DNA of 64,000 nt from Candidatus Parcubacteria bacterium (GTDB lineage: Bacteria; Patescibacteriota; Minisyncoccia; UBA6257; 2-01-FULL-56-20), in NCBI GenBank assembly GCA_027324805.1, contig DAHVRZ010000001.1, positions 136,254 through 200,253 on the forward strand, in the 5' to 3' direction. Positions within the stretch are counted from its first letter, which is position 1. Each line of letters begins with the position of its first letter. Under the pieces are notes generated by a model. It had not been told where the DNA came from and did no database searches. It was given only the letters and a program-made list of their open reading frames with translations. Of this stretch, positions 20,493-30,191 are shown in pieces. Made by a program: the position numbers and the translations under genes.

Positions 20493-20768
20493 ATGAACAA
20501 GAAAGGATTGGTGGAGGCCGTCATGAAGGCGACCGGCATGGAGACCAAGGCCGCTGCAGAGCGTGCCGTGGAAGCCGTGTTCGACACCATTGTAAAAACC
20601 ATGAGTCGCGGCGAAGAGGTCGCGATCGCGGGTTTCGGCACGTTCCGTGTTGCGAAGCGCGCGGCGCGCGAGGGCCGCAACCCCAAGACCGGCGAGAAGA
20701 TCCAGATCAAGGCTTCGGTCAAGCCGAAGTTCCGCGCCGGCAAGCTCCTCAAGGAGGCCGTTCTCTAG
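20493..20768 (+). CDS. hup: DNA-binding protein HU (HU/IHF family).
   Basis: 90 aa, with GFGTFRVAKRAAREGRNPKTGEKIQI (the HU arm with conserved R-N-P-x-T-G). Confidence 0.9.
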   Translation: MNKKGLVEAVMKATGMETKAAAERAVEAVFDTIVKTMSRGEEVAIAGFGTFRVAKRAAREGRNPKTGEKIQIKASVKPKFRAGKLLKEAVL

Positions 20769-20827
20769 TTCCTGTGTTGTATTTCTAGGATCGTGCGATG
20801 CTGTGAGGGCATCGCGCCGTCCGCGTA

Positions 20828-20862
20828 AAGCCCGCCTGCAAGGCGGGTTTTTGCGTTTTTTG
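20828..20862 (+). terminator. Rho-independent terminator AAAGCCCGCCTGCAAGGCGGGTTTTTGCGTTTTTT.
   Basis: Hairpin followed by a T-run. Confidence 0.8.
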
Positions 20863-20881
20863 GATGTGCTATAATCGATGT

Positions 20882-21349
20882 ATGGCGAAGTTCGAATTGG
20901 AATGGGAGGCACCGGAGTTCGAGTTCCGCGAAAAGAGCATTTCGTGGTATTGGATATCGATCATTCTCGCCGCATTTCTCATTGCGTTTGCGGTCTGGCA
21001 AAAAGACTTCCTTTTCGGGTTCTTTATTGTTGTCGCCGAAATGCTTGTCATCATCTGGGGCGATCGCGAGCCGCGCACTCTCTCGTTCCTTCTTTCGGAC
21101 GAGCACCTGCGGATCGGCGAACGGAAGTTCCATCTTATCCGCGAATTCACGAGCTGGTCCACCGACCGTAACGATGAAGATTGGGCCGACATCCATTTTT
21201 ATTTCAATTCCCGCTGGCGCGCTCCGCTCCGCATGATCGTTCCGCACGTTCGCATCGAGGAAGTACGCAAGAATCTCGCACCCGTGCTCAAGGAAGTTCA
21301 GCACGACATGACACTCGTGGATGCCATTGAAAAACTCATTGGTTTCTAG
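20882..21349 (+). CDS. Hypothetical membrane protein with two TM helices.
   Basis: A TATAAT at 20869-20874 lies 6 nt upstream of the ATG at 20882, suggesting a leaderless transcript. No motif recognised. Confidence 0.5.
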   Translation: MAKFELEWEAPEFEFREKSISWYWISIILAAFLIAFAVWQKDFLFGFFIVVAEMLVIIWGDREPRTLSFLLSDEHLRIGERKFHLIREFTSWSTDRNDEDWADIHFYFNSRWRAPLRMIVPHVRIEEVRKNLAPVLKEVQHDMTLVDAIEKLIGF

Positions 21350-21399
21350 TATTGTATGACGGTGCGCGGGCGCTCATCGGGAGGCTGCGCGGACGGCGC

Positions 21400-21471
21400 G
21401 CCCTCGTCGTTCAACGGATAGGACGCAAGATTGCGGATCTTGCAATTGAGGTTCGATTCCTCACGAGGGCA
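21400..21471 (+). tRNA. tRNA-Arg, anticodon GCG.
   Basis: Cloverleaf folded by eye: acceptor GCCCTCG/CGAGGGC, anticodon stem CAAGA/TCTTG with loop TTGCGGA, T-arm TGAGG-TTCGATT-CCTCA, discriminator A. CCA is not encoded. Confidence 0.7.
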
Positions 21472-21480
21472 CCGAGAGCA

Positions 21481-21508
21481 AAAACACGCGGGAAGCCGCG
21501 TGTTTTTG
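21481..21508 (+). terminator. Hairpin terminator CACGCGG-GAAG-CCGCGTG followed by TTTTT, downstream of tRNA-Arg.
   Basis: Read directly from the sequence. Confidence 0.55.
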
Positions 21509-21600
21509 CTGTTTAATAAAAAGAACGGATTAAAAGAAAGCACAAACAAAAATCCCCTTCCAAAAAACGGAGGGGGATGGCGATAGAAACGCGGCCGGCG

Positions 21601-22173
21601 TCAGAGCGATGTCCGTGCCGCGCATGGTGCGGAATGCCGCGCTGTCCATGAGGCGGCCGCGGTCAACCCGAAGAATATTCCTGCGCCTGCAAGGTTTCCC
21701 GCGAGCGCGTTGCGGAAAAACGGGATTCCCGCCGCCATGCATGCGATGAATCCCTGCACGGTCTTCGGATACCAGCCGGCGAACGTCCATACGGCCGCAT
21801 TCGTGATGAGATAGAATGCGACGGATCCGAGTATGGTTCCGTCCGCGATGGCCGTAAGCCGTCCCTTGTTTCCGTCGGCACCCTTCGCATACCGTGCGAT
21901 GGCAACGCCGATGAGGATGAAGAGGAATGTTGATGCGTATACCGCGAGCATCGTGGCGAGATCGTAGCGGCCGTGAGCGATATCCATTAGATCGAGGGGA
22001 AGCATCGCTCCCAGGACGACCGCTGCTGTTCCGGGGTTTGTGCAGTAGACGCCCGCCCAGAGCGCGAGCGCCCCGATGGGAGCTGCGCCGGGGGGAAGGA
22101 TGTGGAAAATGCGGAGTGCGGCGACGAGAATAGTCAAACAAACGGCGATCAGGAAGAGCCGGTTACGTGTCAT
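21601..22173 (-). CDS. Hypothetical integral membrane protein, possibly a small transporter-like protein.
   Basis: Five to six TM helices. A terminator hairpin lies downstream at about 21552-21592 on the minus strand. Confidence 0.5.
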   Translation of the reverse strand: MTRNRLFLIAVCLTILVAALRIFHILPPGAAPIGALALWAGVYCTNPGTAAVVLGAMLPLDLMDIAHGRYDLATMLAVYASTFLFILIGVAIARYAKGADGNKGRLTAIADGTILGSVAFYLITNAAVWTFAGWYPKTVQGFIACMAAGIPFFRNALAGNLAGAGIFFGLTAAASWTARHSAPCAARTSL

Positions 22174-22247
22174 GCGGAGTGCTCCTTATGGGAAAAAACT
22201 GGCTACAGTATATGCCGTTTCGAGAGCACTGTAAAACTGCAAAATTG

Positions 22248-22319
22248 TGGGCGGCATAGGAATCGAACCTATGACCTCTGTCTTATCAGGACAGCGTTCT
22301 ACCACTGAACTAGCCGCCC
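22248..22319 (-). tRNA. tRNA-Ile, anticodon GAT.
   Basis: Reverse complement GGGCGGCTAGTTCAGTGGTAGAACGCTGTCCTGATAAGACAG...GGTTCGATTCCTATGCCGCCCA, with anticodon loop CTGATAA. Confidence 0.85.
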
Positions 22320-22347
22320 AAGTGCCGCACCCGCGCACGGCGACCGG

Positions 22348-22419
22348 TGCGTCCTGGAGGGATCGGACCTCCGGCCTTCACAATGTCAATGTGACGCTCT
22401 ACCACTGAGCTAAGGACGC
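22348..22419 (-). tRNA. tRNA-Val, anticodon GAC.
   Basis: Reverse complement GCGTCCTTAGCTCAGTGGTAGAGCGTCACATTGACATTGTGA...GGTCCGATCCCTCCAGGACGCA, with anticodon loop TTGACAT. Confidence 0.85.
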
Positions 22420-22505
22420 GCATTCACGGCCTATTGACCTATGTCATGATAAGGAATTTTGGGAATTTTGCAACCTCCCAGCCGATCTTTTTTGAATCAT
22501 TTATA

Positions 22506-23294
22506 ATGATGTCATCCATGGATGAACCGAAGATCATTTTTGAAAGCCGTGATTTTGTGGCGGTCGTGAAGCCCGCGGGGCTTTTGGTGCATCGCGTGCG
22601 CGTGAGCGCCGCCAAGATGCGCTCCGGCAGGATGGACGAGGCGAGGCGCACGGAAGCGACGCTTGCGGACCTGCTCGTTGCCCGCTATCCGGAGATGGCG
22701 CGCGTGGGAGACGATCCGGAATACCGGCCGGGCATCGTACACCGGCTCGATAAGGAGACATCGGGCGTGATGGTCGCTGTGCGTACGCAGGAGGCGTTCG
22801 AGCGGTTGAAGGCGCTGTTCCGGTCGCACGCAATGAAGAAAACCTACCTTGCGCTTGTCGTCGGCGTTCCGGACCCCGCAAAAGGGACGATCGATCGTCC
22901 GATCGGGATACGGAACGGGACGCTCAAACGGAGCGTCCATGTGAAGCAGATGGCGAAAGAGGCGGTGACGGATTACGAAGTGAGGGAAAAATCCGGCATT
23001 CCGAATGCCGGACCGGAGGAGGAGGACGGGTATGCGCTCGTCGAAGCGCGACCCAGGACGGGGCGGACGCATCAGATCCGCGTCCATCTTGCAAGCATCG
23101 GCCATCCGATCGTCGGTGATCGGCTGTACGGGGGGAAGCGCGCGGTGGAGCCCGGCGCCTTCGGGAACGCGCCGCGGCTCATGCTCCACGCGGCGTCGCT
23201 CGAGTGGGATGACGGTGCGGGGAACGGATTCGCATTCGAGGCACCCCCGCCGGATGATTTCAATCAAGTTATCCACAGCGTTTTTCATGGGTAA
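22506..23294 (+). CDS. RluA-family pseudouridine synthase (RluD-like).
   Basis: Catalytic motif HRLDKETSGVMVAV, plus GRTHQIRVHLASIGHPIVGD. A start at MMSSMDEPK is preferred because the track start at 22434 is only 15 nt from tRNA-Val. Confidence 0.85.
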   Translation: MMSSMDEPKIIFESRDFVAVVKPAGLLVHRVRVSAAKMRSGRMDEARRTEATLADLLVARYPEMARVGDDPEYRPGIVHRLDKETSGVMVAVRTQEAFERLKALFRSHAMKKTYLALVVGVPDPAKGTIDRPIGIRNGTLKRSVHVKQMAKEAVTDYEVREKSGIPNAGPEEEDGYALVEARPRTGRTHQIRVHLASIGHPIVGDRLYGGKRAVEPGAFGNAPRLMLHAASLEWDDGAGNGFAFEAPPPDDFNQVIHSVFHG

Positions 23295-23364
23295 AATGAC
23301 GGTATGGTAAGATTAAAGCACGTTAAAGGTCGGTTTTTCCCTAAAATTTTGCGCGCAAATAAAA

Positions 23365-24009
23365 ATGAAGAACAATAAGAACAGGAAAGGTTTTACGCTC
23401 ATCGAACTTCTCGTCGTTATCGCCATCATCGCGATCCTTGCGGTCGTCGTGGTGCTCACGCTGAACCCCGCACAGCTTCTCGCCCAATCGCGCGACTCGA
23501 ACCGGGTTTCCGACTTTGCGACACTTAAGAGCTCCATTGCACTCTATCAGGTGGACGTTTCGACCACGTGGATGGGCGCGCCTAATGTTGCTTATGTCGC
23601 CAATGCATATGCTCCGACCAGTACGACGGGAATGAACAGCACTACTACTGCATCAGGGTGGGGAGTCTCAACGACCATTAACAGTTTCGCTACGAGCACG
23701 TCTCGCGGAGTCTATGGAACCAGCACGTCGGGAGGCGGTTGGCTGCCGATCAACTTCGGCGTCATCAGCTCCGGATCCCCGTTCGGCTCCATGCCGATCG
23801 ATCCGTTGGGCAATACCTCGGCCAACACGAGCTGTCAGGGTGGCGCTGCCGAATGCGCCTACGTCTATGTGACGAACGGAACGCAGTATAAGCTCATGTC
23901 CAAGATGGAGAGCTCCAAGTACATGAACGGCGGTTCCGGCGACGTTGAGACCGGTGACGGCGGTAACAGCACGACCACATTCGAACAGGGGACGCTTGTC
24001 ACTCTCTAA
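23365..24009 (+). CDS. Type IV pilin (prepilin with class III signal peptide).
   Basis: N-terminus MKNNKNRKGFTLIELLVVIAIIAILA is the G-F-T-L-I-E prepilin cleavage/methylation motif. Confidence 0.8.
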   Translation: MKNNKNRKGFTLIELLVVIAIIAILAVVVVLTLNPAQLLAQSRDSNRVSDFATLKSSIALYQVDVSTTWMGAPNVAYVANAYAPTSTTGMNSTTTASGWGVSTTINSFATSTSRGVYGTSTSGGGWLPINFGVISSGSPFGSMPIDPLGNTSANTSCQGGAAECAYVYVTNGTQYKLMSKMESSKYMNGGSGDVETGDGGNSTTTFEQGTLVTL

Positions 24010-24033
24010 AAGATCCTGCGTTGTCTCTTTCAT

Positions 24034-24066
24034 AAAACCCCGGGTGTCCGGGGTTTTATGTTTTTT
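24034..24066 (+). terminator. Rho-independent terminator AAAACCCCGG-GTGT-CCGGGGTTTT.
   Basis: 10-bp stem followed by a T-run. Confidence 0.75.
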
Positions 24067-24095
24067 ACGGGCAATTTCCTATATAATGGAATGGT

Positions 24096-25814
24096 ATGGC
24101 GCTTCCTATCCCCATAGACCAACTGAAGCAGCTTCTCATCGGCGATGGCGTGATTGATCTCGACCGGTTCAATGAGATCGCCGCGGAGGCGGCGCGCAAG
24201 AACCAGGACCTCCTCGATGTCCTCGTCGCCGAACGGATCGTCGATCCCGATTATCTCGATAATATCATAGCGAAGGCGCTCGGCGTCGCCCGGGTGAACT
24301 TTGCGACGAGCAATATCGATCGCGAGGTCGTAAAGTCGCTTCCGGAGGATGTCGCGCGTTCGCGGCAGGTGATTCTTTTTGCACGCGAGCCGGACGGCAC
24401 CTTCGATGCGGCAATGACGGACCCGTCCGACCTTGCCACGCGTGAGTTCCTCGAAGAGCGTCTCAAAGCGAAGATCAAACCGTTTTTCGCCACGCATGAG
24501 GATCTGAACCGCGGATTCTCGGTATACGGCTATGAGCTCGGCCAGGATTTCAAGAAACTCATTGACGACAACATCCGACAGTCGCTTCTTGCGGGGGCGC
24601 AGGATGCGAAGACCGCCGCGGACGACCTTCCGATCATCGCGATCGTTGATAACGTCCTTTCCTACGCGCTTGCGTCGCGCGCATCCGACGTGCATATCGA
24701 GATCCTCGATGATGCGACCTATATCCGCTATCGCATCGACGGCATCCTTTACGAGATCATGAGCATTCCCAAGGATATCCATTCGGCCATCGTCGCGCGC
24801 ATCAAACTTCTTGCAGGACTCAAGCTTGACGAGCATTATGCGCCGCAGGACGGCCGCTTCCGCTACGAGCTTGGCACGCAGTCCATCGATGTCCGCGTAT
24901 CCGTGATGCCGACGTTCTATGGCGAGAAGGTGGAGATGCGCCTCCTCGAATCATCCGAGAAGCCGCTTTCGCTCGAGGAGCTCGGCCTTTCGTCCGAGGA
25001 CGATGCGATCGTAACGGAGAATCTCAAGAAGGCGTACGGCATGATCATCTCCTCCGGTCCTACGGGATCCGGTAAGACGACGACGCTCTATGCGCTCATG
25101 AACATCCTGAACAAGCCGCAGGTCAACGTGACGACGATCGAGGACCCGATCGAATACAACATGCGCTACGTGAATCAGACGCAGATCAACCCGCAGGCGG
25201 GGATCACGTTCGCCTCCGGCCTCCGCGCGCTTCTCCGCCAGGATCCGAACATCATCATGGTCGGTGAGATCCGCGACGCCGAGACGGCCGACATCTCCGT
25301 GCAGGCCGCGCTTACGGGCCACCTGCTCCTTTCTTCGCTCCACACGAACGATGCGCCGTCGGCGGTGCCGCGCCTTTTCGACCTCGGCGTGCCGCCGTTC
25401 CTCGTGAGCTCGGTGCTCAACATGATCGTCGCCCAGCGTCTCGTGCGCCGGATCTGCCAGACCTGCATCTATTCCTACGACGCCGACGACGGTGCCATAG
25501 CGACGATGACGGAGCAGTTGAGGCGCACGGCTGCCGGCGGGACGCCGAAGGTGAGTCCTCCGACGGTGCTCTATCGCGGCAAAGGATGCACGTCATGCGG
25601 CGGCACGGGATATCGCGGACGCATCGGCATTTTCGAAATCATGCAGATCGAAGAGAAGATCAAAGAGATCATCACGAAGCCCGAATTCAACCTCGAGGAG
25701 CTCCGCGCCCAGGCGAGCGCGAACGGCATGGCCACGATGTTCGAGGACGGTCTCCGCAAGATCCAGCTTGCGCAAACGACGCTCGAAGAAGTGCTCCGCG
25801 TGATCCGCGAGTAG
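24096..25814 (+). CDS. pilB: Type IV pilus assembly ATPase PilB (GspE family).
   Basis: Walker A GPTGSGKTTTLYA, GEIRD, His box LLSSLHTND, and a C-terminal zinc-binding CxxC...CxxC (CQTC...CTSCGG). Confidence 0.9.
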   Translation: MALPIPIDQLKQLLIGDGVIDLDRFNEIAAEAARKNQDLLDVLVAERIVDPDYLDNIIAKALGVARVNFATSNIDREVVKSLPEDVARSRQVILFAREPDGTFDAAMTDPSDLATREFLEERLKAKIKPFFATHEDLNRGFSVYGYELGQDFKKLIDDNIRQSLLAGAQDAKTAADDLPIIAIVDNVLSYALASRASDVHIEILDDATYIRYRIDGILYEIMSIPKDIHSAIVARIKLLAGLKLDEHYAPQDGRFRYELGTQSIDVRVSVMPTFYGEKVEMRLLESSEKPLSLEELGLSSEDDAIVTENLKKAYGMIISSGPTGSGKTTTLYALMNILNKPQVNVTTIEDPIEYNMRYVNQTQINPQAGITFASGLRALLRQDPNIIMVGEIRDAETADISVQAALTGHLLLSSLHTNDAPSAVPRLFDLGVPPFLVSSVLNMIVAQRLVRRICQTCIYSYDADDGAIATMTEQLRRTAAGGTPKVSPPTVLYRGKGCTSCGGTGYRGRIGIFEIMQIEEKIKEIITKPEFNLEELRAQASANGMATMFEDGLRKIQLAQTTLEEVLRVIRE

Positions 25815-25839
25815 CGTTCGCGTGTGGTATCATTGATAT

Positions 25840-27045
25840 ATGCTGTTCCATTACGTTGCGGCCGACGAGACCGGTCAAATGACCGAAGGGAATCTTGAGG
25901 GGAACGACCTTCAGGATGCCCTCCATTGGCTCGCGGGGAGGGAACTCCGTCCGATATCGGTAAAGCCCGTCGAAGAGAAAAAGAAGGGCATATCGTTCGG
26001 CGGCGGGCGGATCACGACGTCCGACAAGGTGTTCCTCACGAAATACCTCGCGCTCATGCTCCGCGTGGGCACCGACCTCATGTCCGCCATCAACATCCTT
26101 ATCGAGGATTTCGATAAGCCGGCGGTGCGTACGTTCCTTCTCGAGGTTCGCGAGAACCTGAGCAAGGGGAGGCCTTTCTATGAGACGTTTGCGGCTTATC
26201 CGAAGACCTTCTCGCCGACATTTGTGAGTCTGGTGCGCGCCGCCGAGAAATCCGGCAAGCTCCAGAAGACGTTCGAGGACCTTTCCGCGTCGCTTGAAAA
26301 AGACGCGGAATTGCAGAGTCACGTCCGTTCGGCGCTCATTTATCCGGCGGTGCTCGTCGTGATCGCCTCCGCCATTCTTACATTCCTCGTGACTTACGCC
26401 TTGCCGAAAGTCGCCGGCGTATTCACCTCGAGCGGCATCCAGCCGCCTACGTTCTCAAGGATCGTTTTCGGCGTCGGACTTTTCATCGGCGGCAACATTT
26501 TGATCATTGCGCCGACGATAATCGTGGTCGGCGCAGCGCTTGTGTGGTTCGTGTGGAAGACGGAGCGGGGGCGGCGGCTGTTCGATGAAACGATGACGCG
26601 CACGCCGTTCATCAAGACCATCTACGAGGAACTTGCGATGCAGCGCATGGCTTCCACCATGAGCTCCCTTCTTTCCGCCGGCCTTCCGATCAATGAGGCA
26701 ATCACGATCGCCGCCGATACGGTCGGGGTGAAGAGCTATCGTGACGCGCTCATGCGTGTTTCGGTCGAAGGACTCGAGAAAGGGCTTACGATCGGCGATG
26801 CGTTCAAGCGCGAGACGGTATTCCCGAAAGTGGTGACGAATCTGGTCGCTATTTCCGAACGGGCAGGACACCTTGAGGAGGTGCTTGATACGCTTGCACA
26901 GTTTTATGCGGCGAATGTTGATTCGAACATCACGGCCCTTGTCTCCCTCCTCGAGCCGGTGATGCTGCTCGCTATGGGCGTGATGGTGGCCGTTATCGCG
27001 CTTTCCATCATTGTTCCGATCTACCAGCTTACGACGTCGTTCTAG
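25840..27045 (+). CDS. pilC: Type IV pilus / type II secretion platform protein PilC (GspF family).
   Basis: Two GspF repeats, three TM segments, 401 aa, immediately downstream of pilB. Confidence 0.9.
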   Translation: MLFHYVAADETGQMTEGNLEGNDLQDALHWLAGRELRPISVKPVEEKKKGISFGGGRITTSDKVFLTKYLALMLRVGTDLMSAINILIEDFDKPAVRTFLLEVRENLSKGRPFYETFAAYPKTFSPTFVSLVRAAEKSGKLQKTFEDLSASLEKDAELQSHVRSALIYPAVLVVIASAILTFLVTYALPKVAGVFTSSGIQPPTFSRIVFGVGLFIGGNILIIAPTIIVVGAALVWFVWKTERGRRLFDETMTRTPFIKTIYEELAMQRMASTMSSLLSAGLPINEAITIAADTVGVKSYRDALMRVSVEGLEKGLTIGDAFKRETVFPKVVTNLVAISERAGHLEEVLDTLAQFYAANVDSNITALVSLLEPVMLLAMGVMVAVIALSIIVPIYQLTTSF

Positions 27046-27060
27046 TATTTATAAAAATCC

Positions 27061-27618
27061 ATGAAACGTTCAGGGTTCACCTTGGCGGAGATGCTTGTCG
27101 TCGTCGGGATCGTGATGGTGCTGGGCGTCATTCTCATGCTCAGTTCGCCGGGCAAACGGGCGTCCGTGGGGGCGGTGTCGGCAACCCAGCAGATTGCCAC
27201 CCTTCTCCGCGAAGCGCAGAGCAGGACGCTCACGGGCGATCTGAACGGCCAAACGGCGAGCGGATTCTGGGGCGTGGAAATCGTGAATGCCACGAATACA
27301 ACCCCGTTTTATTCGCTGTTCTTTGCAACCTCCACAGCGAATGTCGCGTCATCGTCCGTGACGGCCGTGAACGGCAGAAATCCTCTCCCGTCCTTCGTCG
27401 TTTTTGCCACCTCTTCGGTGCCCGCCGGCGGAACGCTTTACGTTTATTATTCCTCGGGGACGTTCCCGCCCGGACAGGCGATAGGGGCCTATGGGGTGTG
27501 CGCCGGGTTTACGTGTCCCTCGACCACCACGATCACTCTCAGCCTCTACGAATTTCGCAGCATCCCACCCGTTTCGACCACGATCACCATTGCACCCACG
27601 GGAGGGGTAAACTATTGA
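27061..27618 (+). CDS. Pseudopilin / minor pilin with a prepilin N-terminal methylation domain.
   Basis: N-terminus MKRSGFTLAEMLVVVGIVMVLGVIL. Confidence 0.7.
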   Translation: MKRSGFTLAEMLVVVGIVMVLGVILMLSSPGKRASVGAVSATQQIATLLREAQSRTLTGDLNGQTASGFWGVEIVNATNTTPFYSLFFATSTANVASSSVTAVNGRNPLPSFVVFATSSVPAGGTLYVYYSSGTFPPGQAIGAYGVCAGFTCPSTTTITLSLYEFRSIPPVSTTITIAPTGGVNY

Positions 27619-27620
27619 TC

Positions 27621-28043
27621 ATGCAACGCAATAACATGACCATCGACCAACGCGACAGAGGCGGACAGATGTTCGTCGGTATGGTACTTCTTATAGGATC
27701 GGTCATAGCGATCATCACTCTTTTTCTGCTTTTCATCTCGGGATCGCTCATTGACACGGGCTACGGCATCAAGTACAACGCCGCCGCGCAGGCTGCAGCC
27801 ACTGCAGGCGCCGAGGACGCCCTCCTCAGGATCGACAGGAACTCTCTTACTTCCTTGCCCGCTTCGTATTCCGTCCCGGTGAACGGCGCGACGGCGCAGG
27901 TGAGCGTGGGAGGCGTCATTCCCGGGTCCGTGACGGTGACCTCGACCGCCACCGTCATGAATCACACGAAGGTCGTCCGTCTCGTCGTATCCATCGGGGC
28001 CGATACGCAGGTGAGCGTGGTTTCATGGACGGAGGTGCAGTGA
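27621..28043 (+). CDS. Small pilus-associated protein with a TadE/PilX-like N-terminal hydrophobic segment.
   Basis: RDRGGQMFVGMVLLIGSVIAIITLFLL. A GGAGGGG ribosome-binding site precedes ATG 27621. The track start at 27498 would overlap the previous gene. Confidence 0.45.
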   Translation: MQRNNMTIDQRDRGGQMFVGMVLLIGSVIAIITLFLLFISGSLIDTGYGIKYNAAAQAAATAGAEDALLRIDRNSLTSLPASYSVPVNGATAQVSVGGVIPGSVTVTSTATVMNHTKVVRLVVSIGADTQVSVVSWTEVQ

Positions 28044-28068
28044 CCTTTAATTTGGTAGAATATTCTTA

Positions 28069-29595
28069 ATGGACGCAAAGAAGATAGATCTCCGGAATCT
28101 CAAATCCGCCAAACTGCTTTCGTTCCTCCATGTGCGCAATGATGTGGGCGGGCTTGAGATCAGCGACCAGGCGCTGCGTCTTACGTATATCGAAAAGGAG
28201 TCGTGGCATTTTGTTGCCGTTGCGCTTCCTCCCGGTGCTATGGAGCGGGGGATCGTGAAGGATGCTGCCGCGCTTTCGAAGGCACTCGCCGAGCTTCGCG
28301 CGAAGATACCTTCCCTTAAAAGCCGAGCGAAAAAGATGAACGTCGTCGTCTCGCTCGGTTCGGCAAGCGTCTATACCCAGTCATTCACTTTGCCGATTGT
28401 CGAAGGGGCGCAGCTCACAAAGGCGATCAACCTCAATATCCAAATGTCGTCGCCCGACGACCTTGCAACGTCGTATTTCGGTTCGCGCGTGCTCGCGCGC
28501 GACGACGCCGCGATGCGCTTCGAGATCGCGACGGCGTTTATCCAACGGAAGATCGTTGACGACCTCCTCCCCGTCCTTTTTGCCGCGGGATTCGTTGCGA
28601 CCGACGTCGAATCCCGGGCCATCTCGCTCGCGCGGAGCATGCGGATACGCGCCCTTGCTCCGGACCCGTCGAGAGCGTATCTCCTCCTCGACATAGACGA
28701 CACAGGAATCGATTTTCTCGTCATTCGGAAAGGCGAACTGTATTTCGAATATGCGACATCTTGGACGGATATCGCCGATCCGAAAGGACAGGTGACCATG
28801 GAACACTTCAGCGAGGCGGTCGTCGCCAATCTCCGCCAGGTTTCCAACTTCTATAACCAGCATTGGCACGATCCGCTTGCGGGTATCGTCATCATCGCCG
28901 CCGCATTCGCAAAAGAAGCCGAGGCCGCGATCGTCGCGTCGGCGGCGCTTCCCATCATCCCGCCTTCGTTCAGCGACGGGCCGGAGGTGAGGAGCGAGTG
29001 GCTGGCGGCCTACGGCGCCGCGCTCCGCGACGGCGGGAAGGGAGAGATCAGCCTTTCGGGGGACGTCGCTTCAGGGACGTATCAGCGGGAACAAATCCTC
29101 GCCTTCCTCGACTTCTGGCGCGTGCTCGTGCCGGTGACGCTCGGTATTCTCGTTGCCACGCTCGTGGTTGCTTACAATTTTCTCGGTGGGATGGCGGCTC
29201 AGGTGATCGCGAATACGGCCGGCGGGAACCAGAACCAGCTTGAACTGCAGATATCCGCCCTCGATGCATCATCCACTGCGTTCAATCAGGATGTTCAGAT
29301 CGCGCTTGCGGCGGAGGCCGACCAGGACAAAAGCCATACTATTTTCGATGCGATCCAATCGGCTGCCAAGGCGAGCTCGGTGACGCTGAGCCGCGTGACA
29401 TTCCAGGGTCCTTCATCGCCGATAACCATTTCCGGGGTCGCTTCTACGGCGAGCGATATTCAGGAATTCAAAAACCTTCTCAGTTCGAATCAGAAATTCA
29501 GCAGCGTGAATCTTCCGCTCTCCGGCATCCAGCCTTCGGGAAGCATGTACTCGTTCTCAATGACGTTCTCGATCGCAGGAGGCGTGTATCAGTAG
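28069..29595 (+). CDS. pilM: Type IV pilus assembly protein PilM (actin-like ATPase fold) fused to a C-terminal TM plus PilN/PilO-like domain.
   Basis: N-terminal ALPPGAMERGIVKDAAALSKALAEL resembles the PilM N-terminus. TM segment VPVTLGILVATLVVAY near residue 360, followed by a coiled coil. 508 aa is roughly the combined size of separate PilM and PilN. Confidence 0.65.
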   Translation: MDAKKIDLRNLKSAKLLSFLHVRNDVGGLEISDQALRLTYIEKESWHFVAVALPPGAMERGIVKDAAALSKALAELRAKIPSLKSRAKKMNVVVSLGSASVYTQSFTLPIVEGAQLTKAINLNIQMSSPDDLATSYFGSRVLARDDAAMRFEIATAFIQRKIVDDLLPVLFAAGFVATDVESRAISLARSMRIRALAPDPSRAYLLLDIDDTGIDFLVIRKGELYFEYATSWTDIADPKGQVTMEHFSEAVVANLRQVSNFYNQHWHDPLAGIVIIAAAFAKEAEAAIVASAALPIIPPSFSDGPEVRSEWLAAYGAALRDGGKGEISLSGDVASGTYQREQILAFLDFWRVLVPVTLGILVATLVVAYNFLGGMAAQVIANTAGGNQNQLELQISALDASSTAFNQDVQIALAAEADQDKSHTIFDAIQSAAKASSVTLSRVTFQGPSSPITISGVASTASDIQEFKNLLSSNQKFSSVNLPLSGIQPSGSMYSFSMTFSIAGGVYQ

Positions 29596-29618
29596 TGGCG
29601 CTCTTGCGGCCGATATAA

Positions 29619-30167
29619 TCATTTTTCGATACCGAGCCTTTTCGATATTTTTCCGAAGGCCGTTTCGAGCATTTTCATATCGGAAGGGGTGATGGTCGAA
29701 AGTACGAAATCACCCGCCTTTTTTCGGCGCGCTTCGTTCGTGGCGCGGATACCGATGCGGATGCGCAGAAAATCCTCCGTGCCAATATGGGCGACGATCG
29801 AGAGGATGCCTTTGTGCCCCGCCGCCCCGCCGCCCTTCGCGATCCTGAAATCACCGATCGTCAGGTCGCTATCGTCGTGCGCCACTGCAATATCCTCCGG
29901 CGACACCTTGAGCACTTTAAGGACATCCCTTGCCGCCAGTCCGGATTCATTCATGTAGGTTAAGGGCCTTACGAGGGTGACATTTCCTGCGGAGGCGTAT
30001 TCGAAGCTGTCTTTATAGCCCTTGAAATCGAGCGGCCCCGCTCCGGGCGCGAGATCTGCGGCAATGAAGGGGAGCGAAAGCACCCCTGCATTATGGTAGG
30101 TATGTTCATACTCACGGCCCGGGTTGCCGAGGCCGATGATCACTTTGACTTGCGCAGTGCGTATCAT
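29619..30167 (-). CDS. pth: Peptidyl-tRNA hydrolase.
   Basis: N-terminal VKVIIGLGNPGREYEHTYHNAG. Confidence 0.9.
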   Translation of the reverse strand: MIRTAQVKVIIGLGNPGREYEHTYHNAGVLSLPFIAADLAPGAGPLDFKGYKDSFEYASAGNVTLVRPLTYMNESGLAARDVLKVLKVSPEDIAVAHDDSDLTIGDFRIAKGGGAAGHKGILSIVAHIGTEDFLRIRIGIRATNEARRKKAGDFVLSTITPSDMKMLETAFGKISKRLGIEK

Positions 30168-30191
30168 CTTCTTTATAATGGTACTACTTAT

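Noticed and set aside
21346-22430. Integrated mobile element or genomic island at the tRNA-Arg / tRNA-Ile / tRNA-Val cluster (and likewise at tRNA-Ser, tRNA-Cys and tRNA-Leu).
   Set aside because: There is no integrase, transposase or direct repeat of a tRNA 3' end nearby. Flanking genes are housekeeping (RluA, infB, topA). The tRNA-like fragment at 49046-49162 is inverted relative to tRNA-Ser, so it is not an att duplication.
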